Shown piece by piece: positions 38,306 to 49,200 of a DNA stretch of 64,000 nt; position 1 is the stretch's first letter; each line of letters starts with the position of its first letter. The DNA lies in assembly GCA_026066175.1 (NCBI GenBank), contig GCA_026066175.1_4721.1; one strand, 5' to 3'. Below the pieces are notes generated by a model. It was not told the origin of the DNA. It saw only the letters and a program-made list of their open reading frames with translations, and searched no databases. The position numbers and the translations under genes were made by a program. Source of the DNA: a phage.

Positions 38306-39086
38306 ATGCCGCAACGGAACGGGCGAATCGGATAACCTTGTAGTTGCGTGTCTGTGTGACATCTTCCCCATCGCTGTCCTCTTCGGACGGATCTTCCCAC
38401 GTGAACTCTTGTTCCTCCGCTTTCTGGAGGTAACGATACAACTGCACCATACTGCGGGCTGTCGGAGAGATCGCTTGAAGTTCAGTTAAGTCATCTTCCG
38501 TCAACAACACGTGCGGTGAACGCAGCGGTTCCATCGTGGTATTGCATAACAGACGAATCAGAAGATCCACGCATGGAATAATCGAACCTGGTGACGCGAT
38601 TTCAGGATGCAGCGTATACTGCCAATATACAGTGTTGTAATACGTCAATACCGCAGGTAACGACGGGTGTTCCATTACACGTGCGATTTGCTGTCTTACG
38701 ATTGATGCGCGATCATTCAGAACATCAAGCGTGATCTGTTGTGGTTCCATCACCGCCATTGAAATGCCGTATGCGTCAGCCACGCCCAGGATTTCATGAA
38801 GGGACTGATGTTCTTCTTCAACAGATGTTGTTCCAACGGCTTTACGTCCAGCCAGCTCAATAAGCATGGGTGTAACGGTCTCTTTAACCGCGTTAAAAGA
38901 AGCCTGGTAAGCATGCTTGTGGAGATACAACGTCCAGGCTAATGCACGTTCTGCCGTATGCAGAAGATCAACATAAGACAGATCTTGATAACAAGGTCCG
39001 TATACGCTTACGGCAAGCTTGGTGGCTTTCTCGGATGCAGCCATAATAGCATCCGGTGATTTAGGCATATCGCGTTCTTCTTGCAT
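38289..39086 (-). CDS. hypothetical protein
   Basis: 265-aa ORF. Confidence 0.5.
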   Translation of the reverse strand: MQEERDMPKSPDAIMAASEKATKLAVSVYGPCYQDLSYVDLLHTAERALAWTLYLHKHAYQASFNAVKETVTPMLIELAGRKAVGTTSVEEEHQSLHEILGVADAYGISMAVMEPQQITLDVLNDRASIVRQQIARVMEHPSLPAVLTYYNTVYWQYTLHPEIASPGSIIPCVDLLIRLLCNTTMEPLRSPHVLLTEDDLTELQAISPTARSMVQLYRYLQKAEEQEFTWEDPSEEDSDGEDVTQTRNYKVIRFARSVAALLEKS

Positions 39087-39179
39087 CTTTTTAATTCCTA
39101 CTCAACAAAAGGTTCGTGTTCGACATCACGTGTCATGTATCCGTAGAATAATGAGTCCTGGTAAGCTTTTACATCAAAA

Positions 39180-39225
39180 GACGGCATAAAAAGTACCTCC
39201 TCACCCACAAGGGGCAAGGAGGTTC
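39180..39225 (-). promoter_or_regulatory. hairpin plus TTTATGCCGTC motif
   Basis: Minus strand ACCTCCTTGCCCCTTGTGGGTGAGGAGGT hairpin followed by ACTTTTTATGCCGTCTTTTG, about 100 nt upstream of ATG 39086. Confidence 0.45.
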
Positions 39226-39370
39226 GTCCATCACGACGGAAGGACGTTATGTGACGCGGTGTCCATAACGGCCCTGGTAGCAGGCATTAAAGATAACAAA
39301 AAGGATGTAAGTTGAGCTAAACCACCTAAATACGGTAACGATGACTTCCGTACACAATATACTGCAACAC

Positions 39371-40180
39371 TTACCACTGGTTAAAGCTACCCGCTTTAAC
39401 GACATCGCAACGCAGATGGTTACGTAACTGATCCAGGAAGACAACCGGGCTATCGCCGGATAGCATGGTCAGGGCATGTTGTCCACCGGAACGAACAACC
39501 AGCTCATCAACCATCGGTGCGGTAATCGGAAGATCGTACGCATCCATGATGGCTTTAGCTTCCTGTTCGAGGTCTTTCTGGAAGCCTTCCATCGTTGGAG
39601 AGTCGTATTTGGTTGCAAACTCGATCCCCGGTAAGTTGACATAATCGTACGTCATAACGCGGGTCATTACACGACGTCGCTCATGTTGCCAAATCTGAGG
39701 ATCGGTTAACGCGCGTACTGAAAAACACACGTTCACCAACGGCGTTTCAAAGTCTTTACGTAACGCATCACCATACGGACCACAAGGAATAACATCCCCC
39801 ATCACCATCACGACAGGACGACCACGACGGTCGCGTCCTGATTCCTCTAACCAAATCTTAGAAAAGCAATGGCTTACCTTGGTTTCTTCGATTCGTAATG
39901 CACGCTGTAAAAAACTGGTTGCATCCTGACCAACTTCTGGTTTCGGATGACCGTACTCACCTTTCAATGAACGGTTACGTGCATTCGTTTGCAATAAGCT
40001 GTTTTCTAAGAACAGCGGTTTCGAACGTTCAAGTTCGTAATATTCTTCGGTATTGTTAAAGCAGTTAAATCCGCCTATGACACAGGTGTAGGCACCGTCG
40101 GCGTTAGGACGGATAATGCCTTTCTTATTTACACCAAGATAACTGGTGCAAACAAGATTACTAATTGGTGGTTGCATCAT
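39371..40180 (-). CDS. hypothetical protein
   Basis: 269-aa ORF. Confidence 0.5.
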   Translation of the reverse strand: MMQPPISNLVCTSYLGVNKKGIIRPNADGAYTCVIGGFNCFNNTEEYYELERSKPLFLENSLLQTNARNRSLKGEYGHPKPEVGQDATSFLQRALRIEETKVSHCFSKIWLEESGRDRRGRPVVMVMGDVIPCGPYGDALRKDFETPLVNVCFSVRALTDPQIWQHERRRVMTRVMTYDYVNLPGIEFATKYDSPTMEGFQKDLEQEAKAIMDAYDLPITAPMVDELVVRSGGQHALTMLSGDSPVVFLDQLRNHLRCDVVKAGSFNQW

Positions 40181-40213
40181 AACCCCTTAATAAGCAACTA
40201 AATGAAAACACGA

Positions 40214-40945
40214 TTACCACGCATACGATCCAGCGCTTTGATGTCCTAAAAGGACCAACGCATCATCTTTAGCAGCCAGGTATTTATCCATTGTAATTTT
40301 CGTTACCGACACATTGGAAAAATCCATAACCCCCAACCGATGATCGTAATGGTTAATTTGCATTCGGTAATACCCTTTCTTTACAACCAGGAACTCACCT
40401 TGACGCAACCATAACGGAACATCATCGACTTCCGCATGAATGTAGAACACAGGACACTCTGTCGATACGGAGCTGTCTTTTCCGTCTTTGTCCTTGATCT
40501 TACCCTTGGGTATAGCCGCAATAAAACATTCACCGATACGTTTGGTGTGGTAACCTTCCGGGTATCGTGGGTCGTGAAATAACCAATGTTCGTCACTGAT
40601 ATCAACATCGGATAACAGCGTACGATGAGGACGTAATGCAAGATCGAACGGAACCCGATAGATGACATACCCACCTAACCAGTGCGCGAGATTACCCCCA
40701 GAGTAGTACTGCTTAATGGCGGTGCTGTAGCCGTATATGCAACCCATCAGACTGCTGGATACACAAATCCGTGGAAACGAACCATCCTCCATCCTCAAGG
40801 TACGCTGAGGAATACGAGGTGTCATCGTTGTCAATTCGGTATCGGTGCTGATGTGTAATAAGCCGAACGGTAACGTTCTGCTGGGTACCCACGCACAGCG
40901 TTCCATAATCGCTCTTGGGACAATTGTCTCGATAGTCGATAACAT
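40214..40945 (-). CDS. hypothetical protein
   Basis: 243-aa ORF. Confidence 0.5.
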   Translation of the reverse strand: MLSTIETIVPRAIMERCAWVPSRTLPFGLLHISTDTELTTMTPRIPQRTLRMEDGSFPRICVSSSLMGCIYGYSTAIKQYYSGGNLAHWLGGYVIYRVPFDLALRPHRTLLSDVDISDEHWLFHDPRYPEGYHTKRIGECFIAAIPKGKIKDKDGKDSSVSTECPVFYIHAEVDDVPLWLRQGEFLVVKKGYYRMQINHYDHRLGVMDFSNVSVTKITMDKYLAAKDDALVLLGHQSAGSYAW

Positions 40946-40946
40946 A

Positions 40947-41657
40947 TTACCCCCTCAGAATCGCTTCTGTTTCGCTGATCGTATCCGCAGGATAAACCAA
41001 ACTACTGTCGATGGCGTTATTGACATAACCACCCATTAAGTTGGTGATGGTGTTTGTACCGCTATCGATGATGTTTCGTAATCCGATATCGATGGCTTTT
41101 AACGTGCTGCGTTCCTCATCCGAAAGCAAACGCCATGCCCGACGACGGTCGTTGGGATCACGCGTGGTGATAGACGCCAGAACAGAATAAATGCTGCTGT
41201 CTGCGTTCAGCTTAACTCCGGCTAATTTTGCAGAGGTATACAACAACTGGTATTTCTCTTTCTCGGTATACCACCATGGTACCTTACCGAGTGTGTAGAT
41301 CTCGTTATACATCAACCAAGGAAAAGAGTTGCGCATAACAACATCGGTCGATACCAACACGGTATCACCTGGAAGAAAGACAAATTCATAAAACGGTTGA
41401 CCATCCATGGTAATCTCACGGATGTCGGACGGGTCGATATGGAGCTGGGTCAATGCGTGGCTGACACCATACTGACCATCAGGAAGAAGAATCGGGCAGC
41501 ATGCACATACCCGGTTCTCGCTCCCGATGATAGATAAACCCAATCCTTCGTAACGGACGGGTGTCAGAATTGAACACCCGCCTCGTGTCACAACGGATTT
41601 ATCTTCTTGTATGTCCCAGTCCGCCAGTACCGCAGCACCGTTGCGGACAAGCGCCAT
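40947..41657 (-). CDS. hypothetical protein
   Basis: 236-aa ORF. Confidence 0.5.
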   Translation of the reverse strand: MALVRNGAAVLADWDIQEDKSVVTRGGCSILTPVRYEGLGLSIIGSENRVCACCPILLPDGQYGVSHALTQLHIDPSDIREITMDGQPFYEFVFLPGDTVLVSTDVVMRNSFPWLMYNEIYTLGKVPWWYTEKEKYQLLYTSAKLAGVKLNADSSIYSVLASITTRDPNDRRRAWRLLSDEERSTLKAIDIGLRNIIDSGTNTITNLMGGYVNNAIDSSLVYPADTISETEAILRG

Positions 41658-43178
41658 TTACACCTCGCTAATCTGAATAACGTAAAGCTGCTGGGCCACG
41701 TAATCGGTGGTCAGATGCATCGTTGCGATCGTTGCCGCTTCGAAAACGGTAAGCTCGGGACGTTCGCGCATGATCAAATCGATTTCATCGATCAAACGGT
41801 TAACGCCCTGGGCGTCTTCATGATGCATGACTTTGACGTATAGCGTACGGAAGTATTGCTGGAAATTAGCCACGTCGGTATCGGTCAGATTAGCCACTTC
41901 ACCGCGTACGATTTCCAACACTTTCTTACGGGTGTCTTCATCGAGGTCTACCGTAATCAAATCAGCAAATACACCCTGCAGCGCCAACGCGTATGCGCGT
42001 AAGCGGTTTGCAGCTTGCTGGCTGGCTTTCATGTTAATGTAGTTACGATAGTGCTGCATGAAGCCTGCACCGTTCGCTAACAGTTCATCTTTGCTTATGA
42101 GTTCACGTTCCAACAGAACCGCTGCGGTTAATGCTTCTGGTGAACCACCTTCTTGCAGATAACTCATGTAGACATCGGCGTTAACGAAGATCGTCATCGT
42201 TGATGCATCTTCGGCACGTTGAATCTGAGATGCGGATGGCGCAGAAAGAATCAGTTCACCACGCTCCATACGCAGGATACGATCACGACCAATACGTGCC
42301 ATCCCGTTGATCGCTGCACTACGGGCCTGTTGCATCTTCGCACGATAGTTCTCGAGCATCATGTCGTTACCGTCCTGGATATCTTCCAGTAGGTTAACCG
42401 CCCACATATAGCAGAGGAAAGCCGGGGTTGCAGCGGCACGTGAACCCTGGAAGGCGACGTTGTCGCTATCCGGATACGCGATCAGGAAAACGTTGTTGGT
42501 AGCGGATGCCGAACCACGGAAGAAATGGTTGTAAATATCTTCCAGTGCTTGATCGCTCATTCCTTCGGTTGCTTGCTGGACGAAACGGTCCAGGTTTTCA
42601 TTACCGGTATACAACAAAGTGCGGAGTTTGTCGCCGGTGATATAGGCCAGCTTCTCGGTTGGGGTAAACTCATTGTTAACATCGATCAGGCCGTTAAGGT
42701 TATACTCACCCACCAACGCCTGATATTCTTCAGAGTTATAAAACTCAGGATAGTAACTCAAACTTACTGTCGGGATCAGTTTAGGTGCCAGGATGATCGC
42801 GTCGATGCGTTTTTCCAGTTCCGGGTACAAGGCACGGCATTTCGGCAGGATGGTATTACGCGCCAGCTCTTTGGCATACACCACCTTTTCCACCACGTCT
42901 TGAACTGCGGTCTGTAAAACTTCATCATGAATATAAACCTCGCGTTCGCCAGCAGGTCGTACGACACCGTCCTCGGTTTCATCAAGGGTTTCAGCGACCA
43001 CCACACGCTCAGCACTCAGCTGTACTAATGCATCAGCATCTTCTGGCGGTTGGTTCCAATGCATAGTTTCACAAACCGCAGCAAGCGGGGTACCTGGAAT
43101 TGCTGCAACGATCTGGTTGCGTTTAATAAACCCTTCAACGATCGGCTCAACGGCATAAACGGTTTTATTGGTAATCAT
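41658..43178 (-). CDS. hypothetical protein
   Basis: 506-aa ORF; no RNAP motifs recognised despite lying in the RNAP operon. Confidence 0.5.
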   Translation of the reverse strand: MITNKTVYAVEPIVEGFIKRNQIVAAIPGTPLAAVCETMHWNQPPEDADALVQLSAERVVVAETLDETEDGVVRPAGEREVYIHDEVLQTAVQDVVEKVVYAKELARNTILPKCRALYPELEKRIDAIILAPKLIPTVSLSYYPEFYNSEEYQALVGEYNLNGLIDVNNEFTPTEKLAYITGDKLRTLLYTGNENLDRFVQQATEGMSDQALEDIYNHFFRGSASATNNVFLIAYPDSDNVAFQGSRAAATPAFLCYMWAVNLLEDIQDGNDMMLENYRAKMQQARSAAINGMARIGRDRILRMERGELILSAPSASQIQRAEDASTMTIFVNADVYMSYLQEGGSPEALTAAVLLERELISKDELLANGAGFMQHYRNYINMKASQQAANRLRAYALALQGVFADLITVDLDEDTRKKVLEIVRGEVANLTDTDVANFQQYFRTLYVKVMHHEDAQGVNRLIDEIDLIMRERPELTVFEAATIATMHLTTDYVAQQLYVIQISEV

Positions 43179-43411
43179 TACTGCGCTCCCTCCAACGCGT
43201 TGTTACGTACCGGCTCTTTGGTTTCCAGACGGCTGTTCAAGCGCGCAGCAACCGCATCTTCCAATCCCAACGGCATAACCTTTTTATTCACATCAGGATC
43301 CGCTGCATCGTTACCGACGGTCTGACGGACGACCTCAGCAACCAACGTTACCGCGTTCGTCAGCGCAACAAAGCTCGCTGCCCGAGCCGTATTAAGTTGT
43401 TCTTGGTTCAT
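43178..43411 (-). CDS. small hypothetical protein
   Basis: 77-aa ORF filling the gap between two larger genes. Confidence 0.35.
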   Translation of the reverse strand: MNQEQLNTARAASFVALTNAVTLVAEVVRQTVGNDAADPDVNKKVMPLGLEDAVAARLNSRLETKEPVRNNALEGAQ

Positions 43412-43471
43412 TCACTTTTCCTTTACCACGTTCAGCGAAATAAATGAGCAGGGGCATAACGCCCCTTGCTC

Positions 43472-44602
43472 TTATTTGGCTTCATTAAAATAAATATCAA
43501 CGGCACGTTCCGTTGCGTAGAGAAGACCCAGATTCACGGTCCCTACCACTTCCGGTGAACCGATGATACGGTTAGCGATACTGGTGCCACTGAAGATAGC
43601 ATCAAGGGTGTGCCCGTCTTCGGTTTTGTTCACACCATGACCCACGGAAGAGACAACGGATTTCGCCTGTGCGGCGAAGGTACCTTTATCCCCCATTCCC
43701 GCACCAAGGTCGTAACGCATGAAAATACGGATCGCGATCTGGTTCTCACCTAACGGATTACCGTCTATTCTCACGTTACTGTTATTGATGCGTCCCGTTG
43801 TTGCTTCGTTGAGTTTCAGTTCCTTAACACGTTTAGCTCGCGCCTTATCAGCGTCACCCACAAGTGCTGCCATGGTTTCGCTCATGTCTTCAATCTGAGC
43901 GCGGTACAACACATCGATCTGTACGACTTCACCATGCACGTCAGCGCGTGGGTTATACTGACTCATACGGCGTAACGCTTCAACCGCTTCCTGACTTTCA
44001 TCGCTCAGATCGGTTGCAATAGGTTCTTCCAGTGTTGCCAGGATCGTCCGAGGTTCAACATGATCGCCGATTTTCACCAAACCACGAATGTTGAGATGAG
44101 CGTCAACAATGAGCGTACGGCTCTTAATCGATGGGGTTACGAGACGATCGGCAAGATTGTCGAAGATATACGAACTGTCCTCGTGCGTTTCTGGAATATC
44201 CAGAATACCAACCAGAGACAACACGCCTGCGCGCCAAACAACCTGACCTGGGTTCCACCAATCCCGTTTAAAATAAAGACGATGGAAAACCACTACATCC
44301 TGGTCCTTAACGCGATCCCCGACTTTATAATCGGTAATGAGATCGTGAGGATAATACTTACCTGGTCCTTTCCCGATTATCGTACCGAGTTGGAAAACCT
44401 CTTCCCCTAATTCTGGATCGTCGTATTGTATCGTAAGCGCTGTTTTGGTGACCTTCTTCACAACACCATCGCCTTGAGCAGCTGCTGCGAAGAGTTTACC
44501 AACACGATGCGCGATAACAGTCTCGCCACCAGTGCGCCATGGTTGTACGTCGTAACCTTCAGCGGCTATCATGCGGTTGTGTTGGATGCCTATAAACACC
44601 AA
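43472..44602 (-). CDS. RNAP beta subunit, middle segment (probable exon 2 of an intron-split beta gene)
   Basis: [28 protein letters not shown] matches beta [35 protein letters not shown]...[21 protein letters not shown] matches beta GRHGNKGVIS...[22 protein letters not shown]. The tracked ORF begins at a TTG, not ATG, consistent with an internal exon. Confidence 0.6.
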   Translation of the reverse strand: [376 protein letters not shown]

Positions 44603-46273
44603 TCTCTTGGGCGAATTTAGTTCTTATTCAGTATTAACATACCGTTACCGAAATAAGACTGAGATTAGATTGTTCAGATAAGGTCGTTAATCTTATCCCG
44701 GAGGTGATGATAGGCACATCACCTCCCGCTTACGTTCTCACGCAAGAGCAGACTATATCACATCTCGTTTCAAACGGTGCTTCTTCAGCACCTCAACGAG
44801 AGTTCACTTCTTCCCAGCGCATCCAGCGCCATTCTCTTATCCAAGGAGAATGCCTCACTCGAGGGGTACAGGGGGATGAATCCCTTAGTCGTTGAACCGT
44901 CACCCTAGAACGTTTCACAACGATCCTTAGGCGATTGGCTGCGGATTACCCTTGGCCTGCGGACCACGAACTTTTGTCGCGGTCAACTCTTCATTTTTAA
45001 AGCCTGCTTCACGAGCAATACGTCTCGCTTCTCGCACGTCTAACGTTTCCGTTTCCGCTTTGGCTGAAGGCAGCATTGGGCGTCCCCGCAATTCAATGAA
45101 TCTCGTCCATACGTCACCGTATAAACGGACCCGCTCTTTGTAAACAGAATAGTAGATATAACGTTTTCCGTCAGGAAATTTAGTCATTCCATCCGACTTT
45201 AAACGGTAATTGAGTAACGTAGTAGATATACCCATTTCTTCAGCGCAATCGACGGCCGAAAGGTACAACAGAGGTACATCATTTTCAGGAATGACGACAA
45301 TAGCACGTTTGTTGGTTGTCTTCTCCAACTCCAGGATACTATCTTCGACTTCTCGCCATGGCGTCTCATCAGTAACCCACTTAACTTGATAACAACCATT
45401 AACGACAGGTTGGTTCTTGTCGTTAACGTACATCGACGCAGTGGATAACTTAACACCAATGTGATTCGCGAATTCAGTCAATGATTCGAAAAGATGAATC
45501 TCTTTTGTTATCGTTGACCTTGCAATCACACCCTTACTTCCCGTATCCGTCAACGTTGCTAACTCGTATTTGGTGGGAATACGCCATGGTTCATCGCCGT
45601 AATCTTTGCGGTACTGCTTACGTTCAGGAAACGCTCGCTGTTTGCCTCTATAGACACGATGATGAATGAAGTCGATATTCACACCAAGATCGCGTGCCGC
45701 TTCCGTCATGGATGGATATCTGGTTACAACACCGGTATCAACATCACGAACCTGAATAGGTTTACCGTAGGCAGCAATTGAACGTTTACGCATGTTCATA
45801 ATGCGAGCATGCTGATTGTTCTCTTTCTGCGTAACCCATTCAAGATTGTCATTCTCGGCGTTACCGTCGGGATCAAGGTAGTTATTAAGTCTGTTGCCGT
45901 CCTTGTGGTTCACATGGAGCAAATGCGCATCATCGATGTTACGGAACGTTAACATTAGAAGCCTGTGCATGGAACGGTAAACCAATGTTCCATCGTGACC
46001 TCGAAACGAATAACGATAATACCCAGCAATGATGGTGGGCAAATATTCAAACTTCGATTCCTTGTTACGCAATGTTCCATCTATGGATATCTCCAGGAAC
46101 GGGAATTCCGGTACGGTCTTAAATACCTTCTCACTCATTGACTATATTCCTCTTGTGCAGTGAAACTAACTACACTTTCGTAATATAGCCTTAATTCTGT
46201 TTACATTGAAGCCTTAATCATCTCTATCAGCAGCAGGTACTGCAAGTGCTGATGTACTCATTATTGACGAGCT
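44603..46273 (-). mobile_element. group I intron (td-like) carrying an HNH homing endonuclease ORF; boundaries approximate
   Basis: Minus-strand core elements 3' of the HNH ORF: Q GGGTAATCCGCAGCC (overlapping the last HNH codons, about 44950-44937), R GGTTCAACGACTAAGGG (about 44899-44883), S GATATAGTC (about 44760-44752), then P9-like hairpins. Beta homology in the upstream ORF ends at ...SVYGETKPYDEKTDG. Confidence 0.55.
44927..46138 (-). CDS. HNH homing endonuclease (intron-encoded)
   Basis: 403 aa; HNH motif HVNHKDGNRLNNYLDPDGNAENDNLEWVTQKENNQHA; basic C-terminal DNA-binding-like region; lies between two beta segments. Confidence 0.8.
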   Translation of the reverse strand: MSEKVFKTVPEFPFLEISIDGTLRNKESKFEYLPTIIAGYYRYSFRGHDGTLVYRSMHRLLMLTFRNIDDAHLLHVNHKDGNRLNNYLDPDGNAENDNLEWVTQKENNQHARIMNMRKRSIAAYGKPIQVRDVDTGVVTRYPSMTEAARDLGVNIDFIHHRVYRGKQRAFPERKQYRKDYGDEPWRIPTKYELATLTDTGSKGVIARSTITKEIHLFESLTEFANHIGVKLSTASMYVNDKNQPVVNGCYQVKWVTDETPWREVEDSILELEKTTNKRAIVVIPENDVPLLYLSAVDCAEEMGISTTLLNYRLKSDGMTKFPDGKRYIYYSVYKERVRLYGDVWTRFIELRGRPMLPSAKAETETLDVREARRIAREAGFKNEELTATKVRGPQAKGNPQPIA

Positions 46274-49200
46274 ACCATCCGTTTTCTCGTCGTAGGGTTT
46301 CGTTTCACCGTATACAGACACAATGTTTGCGTTAGGTGCGAGGTAAGCAGAAATACCTACGTCCCCACTATCCTTCGTACCTTCGGATACAACACCAATG
46401 TCCGACTTGTCGTACTCACGATCGCGTGCGCGTCGAAGCGATGTTTTCGAACGACCCCCGATACCGGTCATCGTTGCTTCTTCACCCTGCTTGATATCCA
46501 GCATCGGGTTGGTTTCATCGATGACGATAGAAGCACTGTCGTCAAGGATTTGGTTCCAAACGCTCACCGGACTGATTGAGATCTTCTGTCGGTTGCCTTG
46601 GCTGCTGTTCTCGTTTTGACGAATAGCACCAACCAGATCCTTATACACCAACTCAGCGAACTTATCGTACGTTTTGAAGCGCTGGTAGTTCACGTCGTTC
46701 GTGTTAGGTGCCCAATCGTCCAGAAGCAGTTCAACCGCACGTAATAACAACATGGCGAAATCAGTCGGTTCGCCCATGTTCTGTAATAACGTACGACTTA
46801 CCGGGTCGACGAAAAGACGCTCCATGAGTTCAAGTTCGCGAAGATGACGAACCTTAAGACCTGCACCATCGACAACGTTAAAATAGATATCCCGATTGTC
46901 GAAAGCACCTCGAGCGTAACCAATGTAGTTACGGTATTCGTTGAATCCGCCTAACAACAATGTCGTCATTCGATCATCTTTACTGAAGATCAAACTTTCA
47001 TCGTCGAAGCTCACCGCGAATTCATCCGATGCTAATCCCATACGAGAACCACGAGGTACCGTACGGTAGTTCGCTTTAAGATGTTCTAATAACGGTGTAA
47101 GACCACCTAAGTAACTTAACACAACACCAACCGGAATACGTACGCCCATGAACTCAAGGTCAGCGGCTTCGATGGGCATCTTCGCGGCATTGATACCGAA
47201 GAAATCAGGGAACGTTCCAACCGGCGTTGGGGTTTGATTCGGTTCGTAAACGTATAACTGATTCTGACCATCCACCGCCAGGAATTCGCCGTTGGTGTTT
47301 TTGGCGAACGTTAAGAATCCACCCGCCAGCTGTTCGGTGAATAAATCTTCACCGATGTGTTCCGGCAACGTTTTGATATCGAGGCGTATGTCCCAATCCG
47401 CAAATTGGATTTGGGTGTAGTTACGTGCAAGCACCGCGAAGTAATACGGAACTTTGACAGACGGATCAAAGACGTTACCACGTTTTAAGGTGGTTAAGGG
47501 CGAGGTTTTATCGTAATACATCGCTGTGAGTTGACGTGTTAACCAACGACCAGCATTATTAACCACGCGTTCTGAACGCTTAACGAACACCTTACCGTAG
47601 GCGGTACTCAACGCAACTTCGGATGACGATACCTTTCTGATTGGTTTATCGACACGTTGTTTACGCATTCGATATTTAATGCCGTTAACGACATAAATGC
47701 CGTCCTTACGAACCTTCGGTAACATCACCGGGAACGTGGTCGGAACACCGCCTACCGGAGCCAGCTTGATCGTGATGACCTGGTAATCACCCATCACGTC
47801 AACAACATCTTCAACTTTATATCCGGTAACAGGATAGCCCGCTTGCTGCACCGCCACAACGGCTGCTGCGATGTCCTTTTGCATGACATGTTCGACGTAG
47901 TGTTTATCCCATACGGCAAGCGTCGATTTGCACAAGCTCTTATCAACGATAACGTCCGCTTCCGGCATCACCTTCTCAGGTGCTAATTTCGCGGCTTTTG
48001 GTTTAACCTCAACGTATTCAGCAAGCGTGAGTCCAGAACCGTCAGGTGCTTCAATTTCATGAATCGCGTCAGCGTTACGCATCGCTGCTTTATATTGAAC
48101 GCCGCTTAATTGACCAGCATCCGCGAGGTCGCTTGCACGTACCAGCACTGCATCGGATAACGACTGAATATATTCACCGTGCGTTTTCGGTAACGTTGCC
48201 GCATCGAAGACATCAACTTTTTCTTCCGGCATGTCATCGTTGACAACCTCAAAGAGATCATCGGTGATGTCTTGATCTTCGTCCGGTTGAAAATCGGGCT
48301 GAACTTCAACGCCAGGGACTTCACGAACATCTTCAAACGCACGTTCAACAACCGCGTTCCATGCTTCAGCGTCGTCATCTTCATCCGATCCTCCGATCAA
48401 CTCGCTTTCCAGTTCATCGGGGTCAAGAACGGTATCAAGGTCCTCACCGTTAGGAAGCACGACATCACGTTCATCGTACTCCGCATCGGGACTGTCTGCG
48501 AGAATATCACGCTCTTGACGAAGAACCTGCTCCTCTTCTTGTTTCTGTTCTTCTTCATTGGCGCTCTGCGACCACAGACGGGTTACCGCCATCATCCAAC
48601 GACGCTGGAACGTTTCAAGCGTTGTCTTATCAAGTTCCTCGCCTTCCTTCGCTAAACCCGAACGCCATTCTTCCATTAAACCAAGATTCAGAGTAAAGAA
48701 ATAGACGCCGTCCGTAAATACAACGTTAAGCTTATCCAGCGAAGCACGGTCCAATGATACCATCGTGCTGTTCTCACGATCGACACCTAACCAACGGAAG
48801 AAGTCAAAGAACGACAGCTCCTCGGAGGTGGCAAAATTCATGAGGTTATTACGGGTTGGGGCTTGTTGTGTCGTACGCATCAACGATATCTTCGGTAACG
48901 TCGACGGGATACGGAATAACAAGAACTGCTGACGGTCGCTTTGTTGGGCGATCTCGTTTGCTTGCGTCCAAATCGTTTTACGCACGTTGAACCATTCATC
49001 ATACCAACGGGTCAGTGTCGGACGATAGATGTACATGTGGTTAAGATGCGCATAGTTAGCCACGATCTGGGCGTTGATGTTCTTCTCAACCTTGCTAAGA
49101 TCGGTGACCAAACGAAAACGACGATGCGATGCACGGTAATCCAGTTTCGCACGCGGTAGCTGGAATCGCTGATCGCGTCGAGGTGCGCCTTGCTTGGTTG

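Noticed and set aside
39247-39444. 65-aa minus-strand ORF
   Set aside because: Sits in an intergenic/terminator region and overlaps the 3' end of gene 39371..40180; no SD.
41658-43178. Possibility that the 506-aa protein is the beta C-terminal module (RMERGELILSA resembling GEMEVWALEA)
   Set aside because: Only a vague ME-containing stretch and no GGQRFGEME context; left as hypothetical. The beta C-terminal module is probably encoded outside this window.
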